DNA from: an uncultured delta proteobacterium
Lineage (GTDB): Bacteria > Myxococcota_A > Polyangia > Polyangiales > Polyangiaceae
Assembly (NCBI GenBank): GCA_963850305.1
Contig: CAWKKR010000002.1
Coordinates: 64,001 to 128,000 of the forward strand
Reading direction: 5' to 3'
Length of the DNA: 64,000 nt
Below the pieces are notes generated by a model. It had not been told where the DNA came from, ran no database searches, and saw nothing but the letters and a program-made list of their open reading frames with translations. The position numbers and the translations under genes are program-made. Shown in pieces: positions 10,062 through 19,948 of this stretch. Within the stretch, counting starts at the first letter, position 1. Every line of letters begins with the position of its first letter.

Positions 10062-11012
10062 TTAACCGCGCCGAAGCGAGCGCTCGCGGCGGCGGAAAAA
10101 GAGGCCCGCAGCGAGGAGGGCGTACGCTCGCACGTCGTGGTCCGCTGCGACGCGAGATACGTTGCAGCCCCTGGACGGGCTCTTGAGAGGCACGGGCTCC
10201 GTCGAGGGGTTCACGCCGCCGCAGTATCGGGAGAAGCCATACAGCGGCTCGGGCTCCGGACAGGTCGGCGTTCCATCGCTCGCCGGGTAGATCGAGCAGA
10301 TGCCCTGTTCGTCATCCGGCGCGAGTGTCGCGATGTCGGCGCTCGGCGTGTAGTTCGCATACATGGTCGCGTCCGCGACGCGGGTGTGGGCGAGGCCGAG
10401 GAAATGCCCGGACTCATGCGTCACGATCGACAGCAGATCCGCGCTTCCGGCTGCGCCCGTCGTCGAGATCGGTTGCTCCGCCGAGTTCAACTCCACGTCT
10501 GCGTCGAGGATTTCCCCGTTGTCGAGATCCACCGTTAGCGTCGTGAGCGCGATGGTGTTCGAAGTGCCCGCGTAAGGCCAATTGGAGTCCCGGAACATCC
10601 AGACGTTCGCGTTCGCCGTGACGACGCCATTCTTCGGCTGGTTGAACTCTTGCTGGTCACAGATCGCGTCGCCGTAGAGCGCGTCGGTATCTTCGATGCC
10701 GAACGACGGATGCCCGCCGCCCGAGCACGTCGCCGCCCCCCAGGTCTGGAATGCCTGCGCGATAGCGGCGTGAAACGTCTCGTGGGAGATGCCGAGTTTC
10801 GGCGAACCGTCCTCCTGGACACCAAACCAGGTGCAGCGGTTCGGCCAGAACAACGGATATCCCGTCTCTGCACAACCCGTGACGGGATCGTAGCTGCAGT
10901 TGGCATCCGGGTTCGCGGCGTTACAGGTCGTCGTGCGGCAGAAGGCATGCGCGTTCGGGCAAAGGAACAGGCACGAACCGAGGGTGAGCAAGGTAGCGAC
11001 TGCACTTCGCAT
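10062..11012 (-). CDS. Matrixin-family zinc metalloprotease with a MYXO-CTERM-like tail
   Basis: Signal peptide, HESGHFLGLAH zinc motif, Met-turn ATMY, C-terminal GC...LLAAGLFFRRR. Confidence 0.85.
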   Translation of the reverse strand: MRSAVATLLTLGSCLFLCPNAHAFCRTTTCNAANPDANCSYDPVTGCAETGYPLFWPNRCTWFGVQEDGSPKLGISHETFHAAIAQAFQTWGAATCSGGGHPSFGIEDTDALYGDAICDQQEFNQPKNGVVTANANVWMFRDSNWPYAGTSNTIALTTLTVDLDNGEILDADVELNSAEQPISTTGAAGSADLLSIVTHESGHFLGLAHTRVADATMYANYTPSADIATLAPDDEQGICSIYPASDGTPTCPEPEPLYGFSRYCGGVNPSTEPVPLKSPSRGCNVSRVAADHDVRAYALLAAGLFFRRRERSLRRG

Positions 11013-11044
11013 ACGCGCCCAGCAGGCTACCGCAGGGTCTGCGA

Positions 11045-11455
11045 TCAGGCGGCGTTTTCTTTCTTCTGAGCCAGCGAGGCGCGAACGGTCGCTCCCACGG
11101 CCCCGAGCGCCGTTGCATAGAGGAAGGCTCCGGCCACGATGGCAACGACCGTCTGCGGGGACGGAAACCAGGTGGGGAGCTCGCTCCGTCCAACGAAAAC
11201 GACCGCGAGGTGCGCGGCGGTGGCGATCAGCCCGGAAGCACCCGTGCCGATGCAGACGGCGATGATGGCGGAAGCCCGAGGGCTCGCTTTCACGCGATTC
11301 GCGGCCACGAACCCGCCGATGAAAGGCCCGAGCGGCCCAGTCACCAGGTGGACGATCGGCGGCGCGATGCACCCCACGGCGATGGCTGCACCGACCACGC
11401 CGGCGAGCATTTCCTCGCCAAGGGTCGATGCACGATCTTCAGGCGGTTCTTCCAT
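11045..11455 (-). CDS. Small membrane protein (DUF5518-like)
   Basis: Four hydrophobic segments, GPFIGGFVAA motif. Confidence 0.55.
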   Translation of the reverse strand: MEEPPEDRASTLGEEMLAGVVGAAIAVGCIAPPIVHLVTGPLGPFIGGFVAANRVKASPRASAIIAVCIGTGASGLIATAAHLAVVFVGRSELPTWFPSPQTVVAIVAGAFLYATALGAVGATVRASLAQKKENAA

Positions 11456-11718
11456 TTCGGGTCTCCTGGTTTCTGCGAAGCGACGCCCCGAAAGCGCAAC
11501 GGAAACAGGCGTCGTAAGCCATGGTTCCTACCAGCATTTCGCACCCGTCGCGCGTGCTCGCTTCACGCATCGCCAGGTTGGCAGCGAGAAGCCTATCGAG
11601 CAAGCCAACGACCGCGCGGTGGCGTCCGTGATGAGTCAACGCGGTTACGCCCCGCAAAGCTCGCACCGGTGAGGGCGTGCCGCGCGCTCGTTCGCCCCCA
11701 TCGGCTACTCTGCGCGGA

Positions 11719-11773
11719 TTGACACTGGTTTCGCCGAACGCTAATGCGGAATTGCCCATCGGAATACTGGGCA
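11719..11773 (+). promoter_or_regulatory. Sigma-70-like -35 box plus palindromic operator upstream of the Rrf2 gene
   Basis: TTGACA at 11719-11724; inverted repeat TGCCCA-N9-TGGGCA at 11753-11773. Confidence 0.5.
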
Positions 11774-11884
11774 GATGCCCACGGCGGAACCTGACGCTGG
11801 TCCAAGCACTTGGAGTCTGCAGCGCCGAACGTCGAGCGCCGTGCGTGTCGTGAGCCCCGACGGGAGACCGAGCGAACACGAGTC

Positions 11885-12346
11885 ATGATCACGATGAAGA
11901 CCAAGTACGCCCTCAAGGCGCTCGCGAACCTGGCAAGGGCGGTGCCGGGTGAGCCCGTCCTGATCTCCGACATTTCCGTCACGGAGGACATCCCGCGGAA
12001 GTTCCTGGAACTGATCCTGGCGGAGCTCAAACAGCACGGCTTCGTGCGCAGCCGAAAGGGTCGGGGAGGCGGCTACTTTCTGGCGACGGAGCCCACGAAA
12101 ATCCCGATCGCGGCCATCATTCGAGTCATCGATGGCCCGCTGGCGCCGGTACCGTGCTTGAGTCGCACCGCGTACCGGCGTTGCGAGGGGTGCCGCGACG
12201 AGGCGACCTGCGGCGTTCGGCTCGTCCTTCAGGACATGTACGAAGCGTCGGTAAAAATCCTCGAGAGCACCACCCTCGCCGACCTGGTGCAGCGGGCTGC
12301 GCTGGCGTCCCGGGATGGCCCCCCCGTTCTTCGGTACTTCATCTGA
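11885..12346 (+). CDS. Rrf2 family transcriptional regulator
   Basis: KTKYALKAL, IPRKFLELIL, SRKGRGGGY motifs; Cys cluster C-x8-C-x2-C-x5-C. Confidence 0.92.
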   Translation: MITMKTKYALKALANLARAVPGEPVLISDISVTEDIPRKFLELILAELKQHGFVRSRKGRGGGYFLATEPTKIPIAAIIRVIDGPLAPVPCLSRTAYRRCEGCRDEATCGVRLVLQDMYEASVKILESTTLADLVQRAALASRDGPPVLRYFI

Positions 12347-12370
12347 ACGCCAAACCGCCCCGGTGAATCG

Positions 12371-13615
12371 ATGAATGAGGCTTCCTCGGAGGTTGGAGCA
12401 CCAGCGACGTCGCGTCGCGCGTTCCTGACCGTGCTGGTTGCGGCACTCGGATACTTCGTCGACATTTACGATCTGATCCTGTTCTTGATCCTGCGGGTCA
12501 AGAGCTTGAGGGCGCTCGGGGTCCCCGCGAACGAACTGCTCGATCAAGGGCTCTTGCTCATCAACGTTCAGATGGTCGGTATGTTCGTCGGAGGGATCCT
12601 GTGGGGTGTCCTTGGCGATCGACGAGGCCGGGTATCGGTCCTGTTCGGATCGATCCTCCTCTACTCGATCGCGAATATCGCGAATGGTTTCGTCACGAAT
12701 GTCCCTGAATATGCGGTCTTTCGGCTCCTGGCGGGGGTCGGACTCGCGGGGGAGCTCGGCGCTGGAATCACGTTGGTCAGCGAGATCATGAGTCGGGAAG
12801 GCCGCGGTTGGGGGACGACGATCGTCGCGGGCGTGGGCCTTTGCGGGGCCATCGTCGCTGCTCTCGTCGGAGGAGCGTTTCGCTGGCAAGTTGCGTACTT
12901 CGTGGGTGGTGGCCTCGGACTCGGGCTCCTCGTCCTTCGAGTAGGTCTGTACGAGTCCGGGATGTTCGAGAGAGCGCGCGAGAACGGGGTCGAGCGTGGC
13001 AACTTCTTTCGGCTGTTCACGGATGCGACCCGTGTGCGCCGGTACGTGAGCGTGATCCTCGTAGGGCTGCCGATCTGGTTCGCGATTGGCATTCTCGTGG
13101 GGTTCTCCCCGGAGCTATCGAAGGCGATGGGGCTGACCCATGTTCCCGATCCAGGTCGAGCGGTCATGGTCTTCTATATCGGAGCGTCCATCGGCGACTT
13201 CGGCAGCGGCCTTCTGAGCCAGCTCCTGCGGAGCCGCAAGAAGGTTCTTGGGCTATTCATCTGTCTCACTGCGGCGGCGATCATCGCTTATTTCACGATC
13301 GGCAGGACGTCACAGTTCGACATGTACGCGTGCTGTGCGGCGCTGGGGGCCGCCACGGGTTACTGGACGATCTTCGTCACGGTGTCGGCAGAACAGTTCG
13401 GGACGAACCTCCGCGCAACCGCCACGACGACGGCACCCAACTTCGTCAGAGGCTCCGTGGTGCCGATGACGTCCGCGTTCCACGCATTGAAAGCGTCGGT
13501 CGGCGTCGTTGTCAGCGCGATGACCGTGGGTGGGGTCTCGCTCTTGATCGCCGCCCTCGCGCTGTCTTCGCTCGAGGAAACCTTCGGTAAGGATCTCGAC
13601 TTCGTCGAGAAGTAG
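12371..13615 (+). CDS. MFS transporter
   Basis: About 12 TM segments; GVLGDRRGR motif A; AEQFGTNLRA. Confidence 0.92.
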   Translation: MNEASSEVGAPATSRRAFLTVLVAALGYFVDIYDLILFLILRVKSLRALGVPANELLDQGLLLINVQMVGMFVGGILWGVLGDRRGRVSVLFGSILLYSIANIANGFVTNVPEYAVFRLLAGVGLAGELGAGITLVSEIMSREGRGWGTTIVAGVGLCGAIVAALVGGAFRWQVAYFVGGGLGLGLLVLRVGLYESGMFERARENGVERGNFFRLFTDATRVRRYVSVILVGLPIWFAIGILVGFSPELSKAMGLTHVPDPGRAVMVFYIGASIGDFGSGLLSQLLRSRKKVLGLFICLTAAAIIAYFTIGRTSQFDMYACCAALGAATGYWTIFVTVSAEQFGTNLRATATTTAPNFVRGSVVPMTSAFHALKASVGVVVSAMTVGGVSLLIAALALSSLEETFGKDLDFVEK

Positions 13616-13715
13616 AGAGCGGGCACTGCCCAGCGCGGCAGACACCGTCCACGGTTCTGGACACTCGATGATGCCTCTCGATCGGGAAGGGCAGCGGAGC
13701 GGCGCCGAATCGTGT

Positions 13716-13730
13716 TGGTACGAAAGGTGC
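13716..13730 (+). promoter_or_regulatory. Putative sigma-54 promoter of the LuxR cluster
   Basis: TGGTACGAAAGGTGC versus consensus TGGCACG-N4-TTGC, ending 13 nt before ATG 13744. Confidence 0.55.
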
Positions 13731-13743
13731 GAAGGGGCGCCGC

Positions 13744-14481
13744 ATGCTCACGATCTGGCAGCGAACGCACCCCATGGATCCGCCGATGCGCACCCGGTAC
13801 GCCCCGGATCTCATACCAGGTAATTCCCGACCCTCCGGGGGCGCAGAGGTTTCGAATCCATCCGGAAGTGTGGCCCACGGGTCACTGTCCGTGAAGCTCG
13901 GTAACATGGCGACCTTCGAGGCACTCCTTCGAGGCAACCTCACGATCACGGACATCGCACGTCACGGGTGCGTTTGTACGGTGTCTCTGAGCCCCGGCAG
14001 ACGTCCCGCATTGACGCCTCGCGAACGCACCGTGATCGAGTGGCTCGTTCGGGGGTCCAGCCAGAAGCTCATCGCTTACGAGCTCCGTCTGGCGACGACG
14101 ACGGTGAGCGCGCACATCCGAAGCGGTCTGACGAAGCTGGGTCTGACACGCTGGGAGCAGGCCGTTCTCGCCGGAGCGATCCTCGCGCGGGCCAAAATGA
14201 CAGCCGATGACCGCCCGACATGCGGTCACGTCGATGGCCGAGCGAGCCTCTATTTCGAAGCCGAGCTGTGCAACGTCGCGCTCGCGCTCTTGACACCTTC
14301 GGAGCGGGAGGTCGCCCTGCGGGTGGTCGATGGCGGGACGAATCGCGAGATCGGGAGCGCCCGCTGCGTTACCCAGCGCACCGTGGCCAATCAGATCGCG
14401 GCGGCTTATCGCAAGCTCCACGCACACGGGCGTCTCGATCTGATCCGACGGCTCACCGCACCGGCGGCGGTAGGGGAATGA
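13744..14481 (+). CDS. Tandem double LuxR-type HTH regulator
   Basis: Two HTHs: LTPRERTV...SQKLIAYEL and LTPSEREV...TNREIG...TVANQ. Start may be 13906. Confidence 0.8.
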   Translation: MLTIWQRTHPMDPPMRTRYAPDLIPGNSRPSGGAEVSNPSGSVAHGSLSVKLGNMATFEALLRGNLTITDIARHGCVCTVSLSPGRRPALTPRERTVIEWLVRGSSQKLIAYELRLATTTVSAHIRSGLTKLGLTRWEQAVLAGAILARAKMTADDRPTCGHVDGRASLYFEAELCNVALALLTPSEREVALRVVDGGTNREIGSARCVTQRTVANQIAAAYRKLHAHGRLDLIRRLTAPAAVGE

Positions 14482-15017
14482 CTATGGACCCCGCCGACGC
14501 GGGTGTGATGTATGGGCCGTCCACGGGTTCGGGAGAGGTAAGCAGGACAGTGGTCGGGAACCGAGAGCTAGCGGTGCGTGAGGTCGACGAGCCCTTGTCG
14601 GGTCGTCGCAGACACGCGGCGTCCCCCAGCGACGCTGCGCTTCGGCGCGCCGCCAGGGAGCGTCTGCCGGAAAATCCGCTACCCATCCTGGACTCCGCCA
14701 CGGCAGAGTCTTTCCGACTCGGATTGGTCCAGGGGCGCTGGCGGCTACTAGATCACTTCGATGCCGACGGAAGGCGGTATTTTCTCTGGCGAAGGATCGA
14801 GGCCGCGCGAGAGCAGCGCCTTGGCCTCACGGCACGCGAGCGCGAAGTGCTGGGAAAGGTTGCCTCGGGCCAGGGGGACCGCGCGACGGCGATGGAAATG
14901 GGGTGCTCACCATCGACAGTCGCGACCCATCGTCTCCGAGCAATGTCGAAACTCGGGATCCACACGCGGACGCTGCTTGCTCAAGTTTTGGCAGGAATTG
15001 GAACCTTCGGGGAATGA
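14478..15017 (+). CDS. LuxR-type HTH regulator
   Basis: LTAREREV...SPSTVATHR HTH; ATGA overlap with the upstream gene. Confidence 0.8.
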   Translation: MTMDPADAGVMYGPSTGSGEVSRTVVGNRELAVREVDEPLSGRRRHAASPSDAALRRAARERLPENPLPILDSATAESFRLGLVQGRWRLLDHFDADGRRYFLWRRIEAAREQRLGLTAREREVLGKVASGQGDRATAMEMGCSPSTVATHRLRAMSKLGIHTRTLLAQVLAGIGTFGE

Positions 15018-15337
15018 CCCTGAAAAAGAAAGTACGCCGATTAGCCGAACGGAGGCTTGTGGTGAGAGGTGGTGTCGTCGACACCGGGGATGCCGAGATA
15101 TTCGTTCTAGCCATTCCGTCCTTGACGGATTGTCTGCCGGACGAGCTGACATCGGCTGAACGTGAGGTCGCGTCGCTGCTTCTCGACGGAAAATCGAATC
15201 GCGACATTGCGCGGGCGCGGGGCACGTCGGTGCGAACGATTGCGAACCAGATAAGCGCGATTTTCCGGAAGGTCGATGTACACGACCGGGCGGAGCTCGG
15301 ACACTCACTGCTCGAAGCCCCGAGACGGAAACGCTAG
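15014..15337 (+). CDS. Small LuxR-type HTH regulator
   Basis: LTSAEREV...GKSNRDIARARGTSVRTIANQ; ATGA overlap with the upstream gene. Confidence 0.82.
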   Translation: MTLKKKVRRLAERRLVVRGGVVDTGDAEIFVLAIPSLTDCLPDELTSAEREVASLLLDGKSNRDIARARGTSVRTIANQISAIFRKVDVHDRAELGHSLLEAPRRKR

Positions 15338-16165
15338 AGTCGAGTTCTTTGCGCCGTCACACGGGTCGTCATTGGTCGCGCGCTCCAAAGGTCCACTATG
15401 ATGCGCGTCCAAAGATGGACGACGAGGCATTCCGGAGATTGGGCCGGGAACGCGATCTCTATCGGGGTCTGCTGAGTCTGCACGCGACGGTCGAGATCAA
15501 GGGGTTCCTGGAGCAGTCTCTTCGACTCATCGTGGACGCGATCCAGGCTGAACAGGGTTACCTGGAACTTTTCGAGAGATCCGATTCGCCCGACGAGTGC
15601 GCCTGGTGGACTGCAGCCGGCTGCTCCGATGAGGAAGTGAAGGAGATCCGCGCGGTCGTTTCGCGCGGGATAATCGCCGAGGCGCTGGAGACGGGCGAAG
15701 TGCTCATCACACCATCCGCAATCCTCGATCCACGGTTTCGTGATCGAGGCAGCGTACGACGTTCGAACATCAATGCGGTTCTTTGCGCCCCCGTGGGGCG
15801 AGGTCCGGCCGTCGGTGTCCTCTATCTGCAGCGGCGGAGCCTCACGCGCATGTTTTCGGAGGCGGACAAGGGGTGTGCCGAGATTTTCGCTCAGCACCTC
15901 GCCCCACTCGCCCACGCGCTTTCCGAGCGACGCCGGTCGGACGACGCGCGGGATCCAACCCTGCCTTTTCGCCAGCGAATGAAACTCGATCAGGTGGTCG
16001 GTTCATCGCCGGCCCTGGCCGGACTCCTCCGAGAGATCGAACTCGTCGCCCCGCTGGACGTGTCCATCCTGCTGGCGGGAGAAACGGGCTCGGGAAAAAC
16101 GCAGATCGCGCGTGTGATCCACGCCAACAGTCGTCGCTCCGACGGCCCCTTCGTTGAAATCAACT

Positions 16166-17805
16166 GGGTGCAGATCCCATTTTGCGTCACGCGGCCTCGC
16201 GTGATTGCTGAGGTTTCGCGTCGTGCGTTCGTGCAGGGATTGGCGTCGCTGCAAGCTTGAGCGTGCGGCGTTCCAGGAGGCGACAGAAGTCACCCCACTG
16301 CTCGTTGAGGACGATGCAGCGGAGGTGGAGGATCATCTCGGCGCGGTCGCGTCCCCATCGCATGCCGGGTCCATCGAGGCGGAGGCCGACGAGGTTGCGC
16401 ACGGCGCCCTCGACCGCACCGGTGCCGATGTCGAGGTCGTCGCGACGCAGCGCCGCGTACGGCATCCGTTGCTCGTGCGCCGTGAGGTACTCGAGGATGG
16501 CGAGCAGTCGCTTGCGACGGCCCTTGTTCCCGGGGCCGGTCTTCGAGATCGCGTTGTGCGCCGTGGCCATGTCTTCGAGCACGTCGGCGACCTTGCCACG
16601 TCGCAGCTTGCCCAGTTGCTCGGTGACCCACTGCCGAAGTGGCGCGCTGCCCTCCGGATGGAGACAACCTCCAGCCTCCCAGAGCTTTTCGGCGACGTGG
16701 TACCAGTCGATGCACGCCACAGCCTTCGGGAAATAGATCTGCTGGTTTCTCCAGATGTGATCGGAGCCGTCGGCGAGAAAGAAGCAGCGCTTGCGACCGT
16801 AACCGCGACGCTCGGCGTGTACGGCGAGCCAGCGAAAGAGCGCCTCGTGGCTTTCGAAGGTCGCGATGAGGCGCTTGTTGATGGGTCCCTCCCATCCGTG
16901 GCGCGTCGCCCGGAGAGTGTAGATCACGCCGACGAAAGCAACTTTGGCGTTCTTGCTCTTGTCACCCTTCTTGCGGCGCGGCCTCGGATGTTCGCGTCGA
17001 CGCAGACGGCGACCGTGTCGTTTCGTTCCCTTCGTCTTCCGTCGCCGCTGACAGCGTCGCGCGTGCTCCGTCGCGGAGATCATCGGTGCGCCGCGACCGT
17101 CGACCTGGATCACGAGGACTTCTCCGTCGTCATCGGGCGCAGCGTCCGCGTCGAGAAAGCCGCGAGCTTCGGCGCCGACAGCGTCGACCATGCGCAGCGT
17201 CGAACGCGAGCTCGGTGCCCACTCGTGAAACTCAGCGAACAGGCGACGCGCCGTCCCGAACGCCATCAGCGCGCAGAGCTGTACGACCGCCGTCACCGTC
17301 CCGAGGCTGAAGCCAGAGCACACGCCGAGCTCGCGATCGATGGGAAGGTCAGTACGACGACGACCGCCGATCGGGCGCCCGACGGCTCGTACGAACGCGA
17401 CCTTGCCGAACCGCGTGCCGATCTCGCTCCGACGCCGCGTGTCCGTGTCGAGCGCGAATCGCCCGCCGTCGTGCTCGTAGGTCAAGGGTCGCGGACGGGC
17501 AGCGTATCGCACGAGAAACAGGGCCATAACCGCACGCCCGAGGTGAAGCAGCGCCGTCCAAAGCTCTCGCTCGACCGCAGCAAGTGTCGTCGTGTCCTTC
17601 GATTCCGCGCATCTACGAACGCGCTCGATCGCGCTCTGGACATCTCGTCCGGCGCGCTCGATAGTCGTCGCCATGGGGCTCCTTCCGGTTGGTGTTCTTG
17701 TTTCGCAACCGGATATCTGCCGCGAATGAGCCCCTTCTTTCAACCTACGCGTCGTAACCGATCGATCTCGCTTTGTTTTTCGTCAGCAGATCGGGAACTG
17801 CACCC
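16166..17805 (-). mobile_element. ISKra4-family insertion sequence, 1640 bp
   Basis: Terminal inverted repeats GGGTGCAGATCCC / GGGTGCAGTTCCC; 9-bp direct repeat AAATCAACT at 16157-16165 and 17806-17814. Confidence 0.9.
16187..17674 (-). CDS. ISKra4-family DDE transposase
   Basis: VIQVDG, FLADGSDHIW, DWYHVAEKLW, IGTGAVEGAVR...GMRW motifs. Confidence 0.88.
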   Translation of the reverse strand: MATTIERAGRDVQSAIERVRRCAESKDTTTLAAVERELWTALLHLGRAVMALFLVRYAARPRPLTYEHDGGRFALDTDTRRRSEIGTRFGKVAFVRAVGRPIGGRRRTDLPIDRELGVCSGFSLGTVTAVVQLCALMAFGTARRLFAEFHEWAPSSRSTLRMVDAVGAEARGFLDADAAPDDDGEVLVIQVDGRGAPMISATEHARRCQRRRKTKGTKRHGRRLRRREHPRPRRKKGDKSKNAKVAFVGVIYTLRATRHGWEGPINKRLIATFESHEALFRWLAVHAERRGYGRKRCFFLADGSDHIWRNQQIYFPKAVACIDWYHVAEKLWEAGGCLHPEGSAPLRQWVTEQLGKLRRGKVADVLEDMATAHNAISKTGPGNKGRRKRLLAILEYLTAHEQRMPYAALRRDDLDIGTGAVEGAVRNLVGLRLDGPGMRWGRDRAEMILHLRCIVLNEQWGDFCRLLERRTLKLAATPIPARTHDAKPQQSREAA

Positions 17806-18684
17806 AAATCAACTGCGCGACCTTGCCAGAGATGCTGATGGAGAGCGAGCTTTTCGGCGCGCTGCCAGGCGCTCATTCGACTGCATCGAGAAAGGTGGAA
17901 GGGAAGGTCCCCGCTGCAAAAGGGGGGACGTTATTGCTGGATGAGATCGCGGAACTCAGCGTGACGGCGCAGGCAAAGCTGCTCCAGCTCCTCCAGACGC
18001 AGGAATATTATCCGCTCGGTGCCGCCCGTCCCCTGGCGGCGGACGTACGCGTCATCGCGGCAACGAACGTGGAACTCGAGAAGGCAGTTGCCGCGAAGCG
18101 CTTCCGGGAAGATCTGTTCTTTCGATTGCACGTATTGCCCATTCGCGTCCCGTCCCTCAACGAGCGACGCCAAGACATTCCCGCCCTGGCCCGGTACTTT
18201 TCGGAAAAGGCAACCCGGGCCCATCGACTTCGCACCATCGAGCTCTCGTCCGGTGCGATCCGCGTCCTGCGCGAGAGCGACTGGCCAGGAAATATCCGAC
18301 AACTGTCTCATCTCGTGGAGGCTGCAACCATCCGAGCCGTGGCTGACGAATCACCGGAAATCGAGGCGACGCATTTCGGCTCCGTGCGAGCCGGAACCCC
18401 GAAGAGCGATCCTGAGGGCTGCACGTTCCACGACGGAACGCGGCGGTATCAGCGAGAACTACTCAGGAACACGCTCCAAGCGGCTGGCGGCAACGTATCG
18501 GAGGCCGCTCGCCGCCTGGATTTGACGCGGGCACACGTTTACACGCTCCTAAAAACCTTTGGCCTCGACAGGGACTGACCCGAGCGCAAATTTCGCATCC
18601 ACCGGGATTCGACGGGTCGCTTGATTCGGGAGCCTGCTCGATGTTTTCGCGAAACTTGCGCCCGTTCCCGGCCGACGGGAGCCC

Positions 18685-18867
18685 ATGCGTGCCGTGTCGA
18701 GACGCCGAGTTTCGCGCCAGGGCGAGCGCGGATCAGTAACAGTCGAGTACACGGTCCTGCTCGTGTGCATTTCGATCGGGTGTGTCGGCGCAGCGGTGGG
18801 CCTCGGGGGTCCGCTCGTGGCCCTCTTCCGGGCAGCGCGCGACTGGCTATTGTTGCCGTTCCCGTGA
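18685..18867 (+). CDS. Flp/type IVb pilin-like protein
   Basis: Basic leader, G|SVTVEY cleavage site with Glu at +5 and Tyr at +6, hydrophobic helix; 60 aa. Confidence 0.65.
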   Translation: MRAVSRRRVSRQGERGSVTVEYTVLLVCISIGCVGAAVGLGGPLVALFRAARDWLLLPFP

Positions 18868-19941
18868 CGACTCCTGGATGTCCACGAGCAGCGAACTGCC
18901 TCCGGATCTCTCCAGAGCGTGGCGCAACGCCGCGCGGGACGGGGCTGGTCGAAAAGGAAACTCCGCGCGAGCGGCGCGGGATCGGTGCGACGCGTCTTCG
19001 CAGCGTGCGCGGAAGTTGCGATCCCGGGTCGCCTCGCGGACCAGAGCGAGGTGTGCGCGATCGGCCAGCGTTGGGTCCTTGCAAACGAGCAAGACGTCGC
19101 AGCCTGCGCGGATGGATGTGACCGCGGAGTCTTCCACGGTATGGCGATCGGCGACGGCTCTCATCTCGAGATCATCCGAGAAAACCAGGCCATCGAACCC
19201 GAGATCACGCCGCAGCAGATCGGTCAGAATCCTCCGGCTGTGAGTTGCCGGAACCCCGGGATCCAGGCCTTCGTAGACGACGTGCGCGGTCATCAACGCG
19301 CGCGCGAGCTTTGCGGCGCGCCGGAAGGGCAGCAACTCGACGGCGTCGAGCCCGGCGCGATCACGGCGGATGGTGGGGAGCTCCAGATGGCTGTCGGTGT
19401 GGGTGTCGCCGTGGCCCGGAAAGTGTTTTCCGCACGCCAGCACGCCGGCGGATTGGAGTCCCTCCGCGAACGCGATCCCGTGGTCTGCAACCTTCGACGG
19501 ATCGCGAGAAAAGGCTCGATCGCCGATGATGGGGTTTCGGGGGTTGCTGTCCACGTCGAGCACCGGGGCGAAGTTCACGTTGAACCCGATCGCCGACAGT
19601 TCCGCGCCGACGACCGTTCCGGCCCTTCGCGTCAGAGCGAGGTCTCCGATGTCGCCGAGTATGCGCATGGGCGGCAGCGCGACGGCGGGTGCGGGAACGC
19701 GCGTCACGCGGCCGCCTTCCTGGTCGACCCCGATGAAGATCTCGCCGTCCGATGCGGCCCGGATGGTGCCGACCAGCTCGTGCGTGGACTCCACGGACTC
19801 GATGTTTCGGCGAAATCGGATCACGCCCGCGCGACGTCGCTCGCGAATCGCGCGGGCGGTGTCGTCGTCGAGCGTCGTTCCAGGGAAGCCGACGACGAGC
19901 AGCGATCCGCATAGATCGGACAGGTCGCGCGCGGTCGGCAT
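18847..19941 (-). CDS. nagZ: Beta-N-acetylhexosaminidase (GH3)
   Basis: DQEGGRV, KHFPGHGD.HTDSH, FSDDLEM motifs. Confidence 0.92.
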   Translation of the reverse strand: MPTARDLSDLCGSLLVVGFPGTTLDDDTARAIRERRRAGVIRFRRNIESVESTHELVGTIRAASDGEIFIGVDQEGGRVTRVPAPAVALPPMRILGDIGDLALTRRAGTVVGAELSAIGFNVNFAPVLDVDSNPRNPIIGDRAFSRDPSKVADHGIAFAEGLQSAGVLACGKHFPGHGDTHTDSHLELPTIRRDRAGLDAVELLPFRRAAKLARALMTAHVVYEGLDPGVPATHSRRILTDLLRRDLGFDGLVFSDDLEMRAVADRHTVEDSAVTSIRAGCDVLLVCKDPTLADRAHLALVREATRDRNFRARCEDASHRSRAARAEFPFRPAPSRAALRHALERSGGSSLLVDIQESSRERQQ

Positions 19942-19948
19942 CGGCGAT

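Larger units (their letters stand above)
15415..18578 (+). pseudogene. GAF + sigma-54-type AAA+ + Fis-HTH regulator interrupted by an IS
   Basis: 5' part has GAF and GETGSGKT...PFVEIN; 3' part (from 17806) continues [45 protein letters not shown]. Removing the IS and one target-duplication copy restores the frame. Confidence 0.9.

Noticed and set aside
16205..17944. 579-aa plus-strand ORF, and similar long antisense ORFs (8093..9805, 19370..20950, 46435..48270, 62525..63958)
   Set aside because: Shadow frames of recognisable genes in high-GC DNA; Arg/Ala-rich with no motifs.
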